A stretch of 23,038 bases of DNA from Archangium sp. (GTDB lineage: Bacteria; Myxococcota; Myxococcia; Myxococcales; Myxococcaceae): NCBI GenBank assembly GCA_031367385.1, contig JANLPS010000446.1:1-23038 (forward strand), read 5' to 3'. Below are positions 8,592 through 18,100 of this stretch, piece after piece. Every line of letters begins with the position of its first letter. Position 1 is the stretch's first letter. The position numbers and the translations under genes are program-made. The notes under the pieces were generated by a model. It saw only the letters and a list, made by a program, of their open reading frames with translations. It was not told where the DNA came from and made no database searches.

Positions 8592-8607
8592 CGCAACCCG
8601 CTTGCCA
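8592..8607 (-). promoter_or_regulatory. Sigma54 (-24/-12) promoter
   Basis: The minus strand reads TGGCAAGCGGGTTGCG (GG-N10-GC, close to TGGCAC-N5-TTGC), ~55 nt upstream of the activator start. Confidence 0.7.
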
Positions 8608-8850
8608 GCCCCACGCAGCCAACGAATGCACGACGGGGAGCTTGCGTATCGAGTGACCTTTCTGGAGTCTGCTTCGACCGCGCGTGCTCGCTTCGTGCGC
8701 AGCGAGCCCCTAGCTGAACGCGATTTCAACCGTCTCGCCAGGGAGGTACGCCATGACCCTGGTGTGCAACACCCGCGACTGCGGCTCGTTCGGCCAGCGC
8801 GGCAATCGCTTTACACACGAGACCCGCGTGTCGTTGCGTGCGAAGCCTCG

Positions 8851-9483
8851 ATGGTGCCCCCCTCGGCGGAGGGCTTTCGTGCACTCCTCGAGCGGGCGCC
8901 CACTGGCCTCGCGTGGCTTGACCACACCGGCACACCTTTGCGGTGGAATCGGCAGGCCCTGCGCGGGCCCCAGCGGCAGGTCGGTTCAGCAAGCCGTCGA
9001 GGTCTGTGACGTGAACGGCACCTGCGAGCAGTTGGAGCTCGAGGTGCGACCGAACGAGTCGGTTCGCGTGGCGATCGCTGCTGATGAAGTGCGGGGCCAG
9101 CAGGGAGGGCCGCTGATGCTGGGCGAGCTCGACGAGATCGTCGCGGAGTCGCTCGACGGCGTCGGCCGAATCGAGACGTTGGTGCAGGCGCTCAGGGGCA
9201 CGGCGCGAAAACGCAATGAGAAGATTCGCTACGACCCCGCGCGGGCGGTCGGCGAAGCGGTCACCATCTTTCGCGGGGCCACCAAGTCGGAGTGTGAGAT
9301 CGCCTGCGAGCTGGGGCAGCTGCCGGACTTGATTGGCTCGCCCCGGCGCGCTGGGGCAGATCGTGCTCAACCTGATGCAGAACGCGCTCGACGCAATGAC
9401 CGGGCTCGGTCTGCCAGATGACCTTCACCAGCGGCGCCGAGGGCACCACCGTTCGCCTGATGATTCCCTTCGCAGACGAGTGA
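8851..9483 (+). pseudogene. Decayed PAS-domain sensor histidine kinase
   Basis: Four fragments with a frame change at each junction: PAS start (FRALLERAPTGLAWLDHTGTPLRWN), DHp helix 2 and linker (ELDEIVAESLDGVGRIETLVQALR...LPDLIGSP), N-box (GALGQIVLNLMQNALDAM) and C-terminus (MTFTSGAEGTTVRLMIP, stop 9481-9483). The H-box and G1/F/G2 region are absent. Confidence 0.8.
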
Positions 9484-9506
9484 CGGCGTGGTGTAGATGC
9501 CGCGCC

Positions 9507-10157
9507 ATGAACATCTTGCTCGCGCGACATGGCGAAACCCCGTGGAACCGCGATGGCCGCTACCAGGGCCACACCGACGTGCCCCTCTCAGAAGCGGGAG
9601 AAGCCCAGGCCGCGGCATTGGGCGTTCGCCTGCGCGAGGTGGTGATCAGCCGCGCGGTGGCCTCGCCGCTCTCTCGTGCCCGCCGCACCGCCGAGTTGGT
9701 GCTGGGGCCGATGCGCGCGTCGATGCTCACGTTCGAAGCGGGGCTCAAGGAGATCTCCCATGGCGGCTGGGAGGGCATGCTCGTCACCGAGATTGAGCAG
9801 TCACACCCCGAGCTGCTCAAGCAGTGGAAAGACGCACCCACCGCCGATTTGCCCGCTGGCCCGAAGGCCGAGTCGTTGAAGCACGTGCTCGACCGCGCCT
9901 GGCCGGTCTTCGAGCGAATCACACAGGGGCTGGGCGCCGAAGAGACGATGCTGGTGGTCGCGCACGACGCGGTCAACCGGGTGTTGCTGTGCCATGTGCT
10001 GGGGCTGCCGCTCGAGCGGGTCTGGTCGTTTCGCCAAGCCCCGGCGACGCTCAATGTGCTGGCCGGGCCTGACCTGCGGCACCTGCAGGTCGTGCGGCTC
10101 AATGACGCCGATCACGTCGCCCCTCTGCTGCGCGAGGCCGTGCACAAGGCAGTGTAG
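9507..10157 (+). CDS. Histidine phosphatase (phosphoglycerate mutase-like) family protein
   Basis: LARHGETPWN..RYQGHTDVPLS, ASPLSRARRTA, LKEISHGGWEG, AESL, VVAH and LND..H motifs. ATG at 9507. Confidence 0.93.
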   Translation: MNILLARHGETPWNRDGRYQGHTDVPLSEAGEAQAAALGVRLREVVISRAVASPLSRARRTAELVLGPMRASMLTFEAGLKEISHGGWEGMLVTEIEQSHPELLKQWKDAPTADLPAGPKAESLKHVLDRAWPVFERITQGLGAEETMLVVAHDAVNRVLLCHVLGLPLERVWSFRQAPATLNVLAGPDLRHLQVVRLNDADHVAPLLREAVHKAV

Positions 10158-10195
10158 TGACGCACCGGGTACAAGGTGCTAGGCGACCCCTCAGC

Positions 10196-11254
10196 GTGAA
10201 TCGATGGCTCAAACTGTTTCTCGGCTTCGCGGTGACGGGCGTCTGCCTCTGGTGGACATTCAAAGACACCCGGTGGACCGAGATGTGGGCGGCGCTGACC
10301 TCGGCCAACTGGCTGGTGCTGCTGCCGTGGGCGGGTATTTCGCTGATCATTCACCTGTGCCGTGTCTGGCGCTGGGGCAATTTGATGTCGGGGCTCGAGA
10401 AGGTGCCCTTCAAGAAGCTGAACGAGGCCTCGGCGATCGGCTTCATGATGCTGATCATCTTGCCGTTTCGGTTGGGTGAGTTCGCGCGCCCGTTCTTGAT
10501 CGCGCAGCGGTCGACCATTCGGCGGAGCGCGGCGATGACCTCGGTGGTGCTCGAGCGCATCGTCGACGGCATGCTGATGGCCATCGTGCTGCGGGTGCTG
10601 GTCTTTTTTCTGCCAGAGGGCGCCCCCAACATCGTGGCCATACGGGTCGCGGCGAACGTGATGTTTCTGGTGTTCTCGAGTGGCCTGACCTTCTTGCTGT
10701 TGGCCCGCTGGCAACATGATCGGGTGATCGGCCTCATGCGGGTCGTCGGCAATCGCATCTCGGCCAAGCTCACCGAGCGAGCGGTCACCATCGTCGATGG
10801 GTTCGTCGGGGCGCTGAGGCAGCTGCCCGATGCCAAGAACATGGCGATGTTTTTTCTGCTCACCGCCATTTACTGGGGCTTCAACGGCCTGGGCATGGTG
10901 GTGGTCGCGTCGGGCTTCGACTGCTCGGGAGGCAACAACGCGGCCTGCGCGCCGATGTCGCTCGATCTGTTTCAAGGCTTCGTCGTGCTCGGAGCGCTCA
11001 TCGTCGGCATGATGATCCCCGCGGCGCCGGGGAGCGCGGGCACGTTTCAGAGCTCGGTGATGATCGCCCTCGGTGCGTTTCTGCCGGCGAGCGTGGTCAA
11101 TTCGAGCGGCGTGGCGTACGCGAACGCGTTGTGGGTGCTGCAAATGATTCAGCAAATCGCGACCGGGCTGCTGTTCTTGGGGCTGTCGAACACGACCTTC
11201 TCAGACGTGGCCGGCAAGCTGCGTGAAGATCAGAAGAAGGGCGAAGACGAATGA
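10196..11254 (+). CDS. Lysylphosphatidylglycerol synthase TM / flippase-like (UPF0104) membrane protein
   Basis: Multi-TM protein with RVWRW, LPFRLGEFAR, SVVLERIVD and IPAAPGSAGTFQ family motifs. Start is GTG at 10196 or 10157. Confidence 0.88.
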   Translation: MNRWLKLFLGFAVTGVCLWWTFKDTRWTEMWAALTSANWLVLLPWAGISLIIHLCRVWRWGNLMSGLEKVPFKKLNEASAIGFMMLIILPFRLGEFARPFLIAQRSTIRRSAAMTSVVLERIVDGMLMAIVLRVLVFFLPEGAPNIVAIRVAANVMFLVFSSGLTFLLLARWQHDRVIGLMRVVGNRISAKLTERAVTIVDGFVGALRQLPDAKNMAMFFLLTAIYWGFNGLGMVVVASGFDCSGGNNAACAPMSLDLFQGFVVLGALIVGMMIPAAPGSAGTFQSSVMIALGAFLPASVVNSSGVAYANALWVLQMIQQIATGLLFLGLSNTTFSDVAGKLREDQKKGEDE

Positions 11255-11478
11255 CCGTCGATTGGGTCTCGCTGGTGATCGTGGTGGCGGCCTACTTCGC
11301 GACGAGGTCGTCGAAGCTCTCGCTGATGCAGCAGAACCTGATCAACGCGGTGGCGATGTTCGCGGTGGTCGGGTGGCGGGCGTATTCGCAGGGGCTGCAA
11401 GGCACCAATGGGCTGATCACCGGCGGCGCTGCGGTGTTGGGCGTGATCTACCTCGTGCGCGCGTTTCGCAAGTTGTGA
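11251..11478 (+). CDS. Small hypothetical membrane protein (about 3 TM helices)
   Basis: ATGA overlap with the upstream stop, hydrophobic 75 aa, GC3-rich codons. Confidence 0.75.
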   Translation: MTVDWVSLVIVVAAYFATRSSKLSLMQQNLINAVAMFAVVGWRAYSQGLQGTNGLITGGAAVLGVIYLVRAFRKL

Positions 11479-11486
11479 CGGGTTCG

Positions 11487-12224
11487 TCAGGGCGCTGGGG
11501 GCGGGGGCTTGATGGGTTCACGTGTGCGTCTTCGGCGAGCGCCCGTACTCAGCGGTGCCACGATGGCCATGCTCTCACGCAATGAGCTGAGCGAGGCGAC
11601 GGCGACCCTCAACCGCTCGTGCCCCTGCTCGACGAGTGTCGCGTAGCGATCGCGGCGGCTGACGGCCGCACGAATGGCTTCTGTGTCTTTGGCGGCGACG
11701 CCTATCGCCTCGAGCGCTGCAGTGGCCGTACTCGAGGCCTTCTCGAAGGCACCAGGCCCGAAGACGCGCTCGACGAGGGCTTCGTGCGGCGCAAGCAGGT
11801 CGAGCAGATCAAGCACGTCGGAGGCGTAGTTGCGGTGGCCGAAGCCAGAGAGCAACCGGGTCAGCGTCGCGGCGTCGATGGCGTCGGTCGCTGCCAGGGT
11901 TCGCGCGAGGTGCTTGAGCTTGCGACGCCACTCGAGGGCCGCGGCGATGAGCGCTTTGTGTTTCGCCGTTCGGGTGTGCTTGAGCAGCGTGAGCGTGTGC
12001 TGCTGGGCAACGATGCGATCGCACAGCTCAGGGAGCGCCTGGAGCTGCTGGAGATCGAATCCGGGGTGGTGAGCGGCCAGACGCTCGGCGTGCTGGTCGA
12101 GATAGGCGAGCCCGTCGACGCAGGCCCGCTTGGCGACGAACGGGTCGAAGTGCAGGGTGGTGACTCTGCCGTGCGCCAGGGCCTCGGCGCGCTGCAGAAG
12201 CATGTCTGAGGAGTGGGTTTCCAT
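11487..12224 (-). CDS. Hypothetical alpha-helical protein
   Basis: ATG at 12224 with GAGG RBS (METHSSDMLLQRAEAL...), GC3-rich, helical, with a basic/Pro-rich tail. No family recognised. Confidence 0.7.
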   Translation of the reverse strand: METHSSDMLLQRAEALAHGRVTTLHFDPFVAKRACVDGLAYLDQHAERLAAHHPGFDLQQLQALPELCDRIVAQQHTLTLLKHTRTAKHKALIAAALEWRRKLKHLARTLAATDAIDAATLTRLLSGFGHRNYASDVLDLLDLLAPHEALVERVFGPGAFEKASSTATAALEAIGVAAKDTEAIRAAVSRRDRYATLVEQGHERLRVAVASLSSLRESMAIVAPLSTGARRRRTREPIKPPPPAP

Positions 12225-12457
12225 GCGGCCTCTGGGCGTGTTGGTGAAGACGGTGTGCTCAGGGAGCCAGACGGCGGGCCCGGCTGCGTATTCACCGTGC
12301 CGGCTGACACCCCAAGACGTGTCATTTCGGCAGCTTGGAGTGCCGCGCAAGGGGGGCCGACCGTCTGGTCGAGCATTCGAAGCGACGGGGGGGATGAGCT
12401 CGGGCCACCACCGCACGCTGAGCTCGTTGATGGGCGAAGGCCAACGGGTTTTCGGTA

Positions 12458-13093
12458 CTACCCGCGGTCAGGCTCGGTTGGCTCATCACCCTGAGGCGCG
12501 AGCGCTGGCCTCGAAGCGCGTGCATACAAGGCGACGATCAGCACCTGTGTCGCCGCGACCAGCCAGGCGAACCCGCCGCCAGCCGACAGAAACAAAAGGC
12601 CCATCACCAGGCCGCCCATGCCTCGCATCAAGCCGAACGACCGCAGTCGTTTGGCCCCAGGCTCGGTAAGGTCGTGGCTGGCGAACCCCCGCCAAATCAG
12701 AAAATCGAAAATCGCTGACCCAAAGATCTGAAAGGGCAGTCGCGGCGCGGCCAAGACGCCGAGAACGAGGAGCGAGAACGAAGTGCCAAGTGCCACTTTG
12801 CTTGCGAGTCGCCAGACAGCGAAGGCCACTGGGTCGACCGGCTTTGGCTTTTCGTCACTGGCTTCTGAGGCTGGCGCCGCCGCTCCACCGCGGGTCTGCG
12901 CCAACACTTTCGCTCCGTTGTCCAAGTCGTCGGCAGCAACTTCAACCAAGAACTCTTGGCCAGCGGAGCCGAGAATACCCGCCACATTGGTGTCTACGCG
13001 TTCGAAGGCCTCGATACCGGCAGCCTCGAGCGCGTCGAGCGCCCCCTCAACCTCCAGGAGATCGGTCGTTCTCAAAAGGAGGCGGCGGTTCAT
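12458..13093 (-). CDS. Membrane protein with a DUF2007-like N-terminal domain
   Basis: N-terminus EVEGALDALEAAGIEAF....LVEVAADDLDNGAKVL matches the DUF2007 pattern, followed by ~4 TM helices. Probable ATG at 13093. Confidence 0.65.
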   Translation of the reverse strand: MNRRLLLRTTDLLEVEGALDALEAAGIEAFERVDTNVAGILGSAGQEFLVEVAADDLDNGAKVLAQTRGGAAAPASEASDEKPKPVDPVAFAVWRLASKVALGTSFSLLVLGVLAAPRLPFQIFGSAIFDFLIWRGFASHDLTEPGAKRLRSFGLMRGMGGLVMGLLFLSAGGGFAWLVAATQVLIVALYARASRPALAPQGDEPTEPDRG

Positions 13094-13492
13094 CGAGACT
13101 CGAGCGTACCACACCGGCCCCTCGGGTAGCCGTAGTTGCGCGCTTTCTGAAACTGCCGGCTCCTGCGAACCGCGCCTGAAGCGTGCGGGGCACGCGCGCT
13201 CAAACGCGCTCCGCAGCGACTGCCACTGATCTCGATGGGCGTGCAAACCTCGGTCGATGACCTGGAGGGCTCTGCAGTGCGGCGAGCAACACTTCGTGCA
13301 TGAGCCCGAGCAGCGCCTGTTCTCTCAGTGCGCCCCCTGGCTGCTTGCCGGCGAAGTGCCCCGAGCGAGATCGGTGGGCAGCCAGCTTCGGAGCGACTTG
13401 CGACGAAACCTCGAGAGCCCAGCCCTCGTGCCAAGCGCGAAGCGCCGACGGCGTCGTTCTGTGGCCCGAAATCGACTACGGTGGCGGCCCCA

Positions 13493-15175
13493 ATGACGTC
13501 GTCGAACTTCGAAACCGTTCGCCTCGAGCCCCGTCCCGAGGCGCCGCAGTCCTCCCGGTTCCGCGTGGTGATTGTGTCTGAGGCCGGCCCGTCGACGCAC
13601 GCGTTGCCGCTCACTGGCGACGTGGTGCTCGGCCGCGGCGATGAGGCCACCATCAAGCTCGATGACGTCGCCGCTTCGCGCCGTCACGCGGTGCTCCATG
13701 TGGGCGCGACCGTGCGCCTCGAAGATCTCGGCAGCGCCAATGGCACCTTGTACCGCGGCCGCAAGCTCGACTCCGGCGAGCAGGTCGACCTGCAGAGCGG
13801 CGACTCGGTCGAAATCGGTACCAGCTTGCTCGTGCTCCAGCGCGATGACCTGCCCGAGGGCGCCCGCCCGTGGAACCTCGAGACCCACCAGCGCTTTCTC
13901 GAGACCATCGACGTCACCCAGCCGCCGTTCTCGGTGTTGCGCCTGCAGGTGCTGGCCAGCCCCGGCGTCGCGCAAGGGGTGCTCTCGGCTGCCCTCGCGC
14001 CTGATGACACGGTCGCCTCTTTCGGCCCGGGGCAATTCGAGATTCTCGCGCTTGGCCGCTCGCCGGCCCAGGCCAAGGCCCTCGCCGAGACGCTGATGAC
14101 CCGCTTCACCGCCGCCGGCGCCAAGCTTCGGCTCGGCCTGGCCCACGCTCCGCAAGACGGGGCCGACGCCGAGGCCTTGATCGCCGCCAGCGCGCGCCCG
14201 AGCGAAGCCCCGACCCCCGGGTTCGTGGTGCGCGACGACGCGATGACCAGCCTGTACCGAATGGTCGACCGGGTCGCCCCCAGTCTCATCAACGTGCTGC
14301 TGCTGGGCGAGACCGGGGTCGGCAAAGAGGTGCTCGCCGCCGAAATTCACCGGCGCTCGAAGCGCGCGAGCGGCCCCTTCGTTCGCCTCAACTGCGCCGC
14401 ACTGACCGAGTCTCTGCTCGAGAGCGAGCTGTTCGGCCATGAGAAAGGCTCGTTCACCGGAGCGATCAAGCAGAAGTTAGGCCTGCTCGAATCAGCCAAG
14501 GCCGGCACCGTGCTGCTCGATGAGATCGGTGAAGTGCCCCAATCGATTCAAGCCAAGCTGCTGCGCGTGCTCGAAGAGCGCCAGGTCTTGCGCGTCGGCG
14601 CCGTCAAGCCCGAGCCCATCAACGTGCGGTTCATCTTCGCCACCAACCGTGACCTCGAAGCCGAGGTGGCCCGCGGGGCGTTTCGGGCCGATCTCTTCTA
14701 CCGGGTCAACGGCATCTCGCTGGTGATCCCTCCGTTGCGAGAACGCATCGCGGAGATCGAGCCGCTCGCCCGCCAGTTCATCGTCAAGGCCGCGCAGCGT
14801 GAGTCGCGCGAGACGCCCGAGCTCAGCCCAGAAGCCATCTCGACGCTCAAGCACTGGCACTGGCCGGGCAACATTCGCGAGTTGCGCAACGTCGTCGAGC
14901 GCGCGGTGCTGCTGGCCGGTGACGCGACGATCACGCCTGACCTCTTCGCGCTCGGCAAGGGCTCCAAAGTGGGTCAGCCCGGCCTCGCGGCCCCCTCGGG
15001 GCTTCGTGAAGAGCGCGAGGCCGCCGAGAAACGCGCCGTGCTCGATGCGCTCGAGCAGACCGGTGGCAACCAGACCAAGGCCGCCCAGCTGCTTGGCATT
15101 TCTCGGCGCACGCTGGTCAACCGGCTGCAAGATTACGGGTTGACCCGGTCGCGCAAGAAGCCCGACGAGGCATGA
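13493..15175 (+). CDS. FHA-domain sigma54-dependent enhancer-binding protein
   Basis: FHA (VLGR, ASRRHA, EDLGSANGT), a central alpha/beta domain, AAA+ (GETGVGKE, GSFTGA, LLDEIGE, FRADLFYRV, WPGNIRELRN) and Fis HTH (GGNQTKAAQLLGISRRTL). Probable ATG at 13493. Confidence 0.95.
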   Translation: MTSSNFETVRLEPRPEAPQSSRFRVVIVSEAGPSTHALPLTGDVVLGRGDEATIKLDDVAASRRHAVLHVGATVRLEDLGSANGTLYRGRKLDSGEQVDLQSGDSVEIGTSLLVLQRDDLPEGARPWNLETHQRFLETIDVTQPPFSVLRLQVLASPGVAQGVLSAALAPDDTVASFGPGQFEILALGRSPAQAKALAETLMTRFTAAGAKLRLGLAHAPQDGADAEALIAASARPSEAPTPGFVVRDDAMTSLYRMVDRVAPSLINVLLLGETGVGKEVLAAEIHRRSKRASGPFVRLNCAALTESLLESELFGHEKGSFTGAIKQKLGLLESAKAGTVLLDEIGEVPQSIQAKLLRVLEERQVLRVGAVKPEPINVRFIFATNRDLEAEVARGAFRADLFYRVNGISLVIPPLRERIAEIEPLARQFIVKAAQRESRETPELSPEAISTLKHWHWPGNIRELRNVVERAVLLAGDATITPDLFALGKGSKVGQPGLAAPSGLREEREAAEKRAVLDALEQTGGNQTKAAQLLGISRRTLVNRLQDYGLTRSRKKPDEA

Positions 15176-18100
15176 CCGAGTTTCTGGGCACGCCGAGGTA
15201 CCAGCTGGTGCGCCAGCTCGGAGCCGGCGGCATGGGCATCGTCTACGAGGTGCTCGACCGTGATCAGGGCGACCGCCGCGTGGCACTCAAGGTGCTGCAG
15301 CGCCGTGACGCCGAGTCGCTGATGCGGCTCAAGCGTGAGTTTCGGGCCCTCGCCGATACCCGCCACCCCAATTTGGTCTCGCTCTACGAGCTCACGGCTG
15401 ATGACCAGGCCTGTTTCTTCACCCTCGAGCTGGTCGACGGGGTCGATTTGCTCTCGTGGGTGCGACCTGGGGCACGCATCGCCGCCGACGCCAAGACCGG
15501 CGAGGTCGACGCCACCGTGCGCACACCCTCGGCCCGCGGAGCCGTCGACGAAGCCAGGGTGCTCGAGGTCTTTCGTCAGCTCGCGCAGGGCGTCGCCGCG
15601 CTGCACGCGATGGGGCACCTGCACCGAGATCTCAAGCCCTCGAACGTGATGGTGACGGCGCAGGGCAGGGTGGTCATTCTCGACTTTGGCCTGGTCGCCG
15701 ACGTGAGTGGCGCCGACCGCAGCCTCTCGGAGCTACAAGGCCGCAGCATCGTGGGCACCGCCGCGTACATGGCCCCCGAACAGGCCGCGGAGGGCCCTTT
15801 GACCCCCGCGTCAGACTGGTACGCGTTCGGCGTGATGCTCTTTCAAGCGCTCAGCGGCCGGGTGCCGTTCGACGGGCAAGCCCTGCAGATCATGCTCGAG
15901 AAACAACAGCGACCTGCGCCGACCTTGTTCGAGCTCGCTCCCGACGCGTCACCCAGGCTCGCCTCGCTCTGTACGGGCCTTCTGCGCCAGGCCCCCGACG
16001 AGCGCCCCTCGGCCGCGCAGGTGCTCGAGCACCTCGGCGCCCAGCCGCCCCCTGCGCCGACGAAGCCCGAGAGCCGGTTGCTGGGCCGCGAGGCCGAGCG
16101 AGCCACCCTGCGCAGGCTCTTCGACGAGGTGCGCACCGGTGCGGTGACCCGAGTCGTTCGCGTGCTCGGCGAATCAGGCATCGGTAAGACCAGCTTGATG
16201 AGAGCCTGGCTGGCGGAGGTCGAAGCCTCGGGTGCGGTGACGTTGACTGGCCGGTGCTCCGAGCGCGAGAGCGTGCCCTTCAAGGCCCTCGACGACATCG
16301 TCGATGCGCTGGCGCGATACCTGGGCTCGCTGAGCCCTGACCGTGTCGATGCGCTGCTGCCTCGCGAGGCCCAGGCCCTGGCGAGCATGTTTCCCGTGTT
16401 GCAGCGGGTGTCGGCGTTCGGGTTGGCTCCGGTGCGGGAGGTTCGAGATCTGGGCGAGCAACGCCGTCGGGCCATCGGCGCGCTCCGTGAGCTGCTCTCG
16501 CGCATGGCCGACCGCAAGCCGGTGGTCGCCTTCATCGACGACGTGCAGTGGGGCGACGTCGACTCGGAGGAGGTGCTCAACGAGGTGCTGAGGGCCCCCG
16601 ATGCCCCGGCGCTGTTGCTGGTGGTGGCGGCCCGTGCTCGCGAGAACGCCTTGAGCTCACTGAGAACCCCGATGGTCGACATCGAGCTCGGCCCGCTGCC
16701 GCTCGAGGTGTGTGCGGCCCTCGCGGGTGAGCTGGTGACCGGCGAGCGGGCCAGCGCTTTGGCGCGCGAATCACAGGGCAACCCCTTTCTGTTGCTGCAG
16801 CTCGCCCGCTTCGGCGCCGCCTCGCCAATGACCTTGGCCGAGATGACCTCGCTGCGGCTGGCCGAGCTGACCGACGCGGAGCGCCGATTGATCGAGGTCA
16901 CCTCGGTCGCTGGCGGCCCCCTGCCAGAGGCCGTGGCCCTGGAGGCCGCGAAGATGGGCCCGAGCGAACACGACACGGTGCGGTCGCTCAAGTCGGCGAG
17001 GTTGCTGCGGGGCACCAACGCCGATCGGCTCGAGATGTGGCACGACCGGCTTCGGCAGTCGGTGCTCTCTGGGCTCACCGAGGAGCGCAAGCTCGGGCTG
17101 CACAAGACCATCGCCGAAGCCTTGGAGCGTCTCTCGAACCCTGGTCAGCCCGAGGTCGAGCTGACGGCCTGGCACCTCGCCGGAGCAGGCCTGGGTGAGC
17201 GGGCCGCCGAGGCGACCCTTCGAAGCGCGGTCAAGGCAGGCGTGCACCTGGCTTTTGACCGAGCGGCGACCTTGTACGAGCGGGCGCTGACCCAGCTGCC
17301 CGCGGGTGACGGGCGGCGGCAGCCGACCCTGGTAGCGTGGGGTGACGCGCTGAGCCTCGCCGGCCGGGGGGTCGAGGCCGCCGCCGCGTATCGGCAGGCC
17401 TGGTTGGCCTCGGGGTCGGGCAGCGCCGCGCAGACTCCAAGCGCGCTCGAGCTTCGCCGGCGGGCCGCGGAGCAGTTGCTGCGTGCCGGGCACGTCGACG
17501 AGGGGCTCGCGACGATTCGCGAGGTGCTCAAAGAGGTGGGCATGACGCTGGCGCCGACCCCGTGGCGGGCGCTCGCGGCGCTGGCGTTTCGCCGGCTGCA
17601 CGTGCGGCTGCGTGGGTTCGCGTACACACCTCGGCGGGCCGACGCGGTTCGCCCGCAAGATCTCGCCCGAATCGACGTCTGCTGGTCGGTGTCGGTCGGC
17701 CTGGCGATGGTCGACACGATTCGGGGCGCGAGCTTTCAGACCCGCCAGTTGCTGCTGGCGCTCGATGCGGGTGAGCCGTTTCGGGTCTCGCGAGCCCTGG
17801 CGGCCGAGGCGGCCTTCGTGGCGACCGATGGGCTGCGCTCGAAGACCCATGCACGGGGGCTGATCGATCGCGCGCGCGACATCGCGCAGCATGGCGGCGG
17901 TGACAGCGGGCTGCTCGGGCTGATCGACTTCTGCGATGGATTGACCCACTTTCTGGTCGGCGATTGGGCCCAGGCGCAGGCGCTCTCGACGCGCGCCGAG
18001 CGGCAGTTCTCCGACATCGGCGCCCCTGTCTCGTGGGAGGCCGCCAGCGCGAGGCTCTTCTCGGTCTGGTCGCTGTTCTATCTGGGCGAGATCGCCGAGC

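Noticed and set aside
9333..9506. Apparent kinase N-box fused in frame to the histidine phosphatase
   Set aside because: It is a by-product of pseudogene deletions. The phosphatase has a normal start at 9507.
13417..13433. Minus-strand TTGGCACG-AGGGCTGG as a sigma54 promoter
   Set aside because: The -24 box is perfect but the -12 is GG rather than GC, and it lies over 300 bp from the next minus-strand start.
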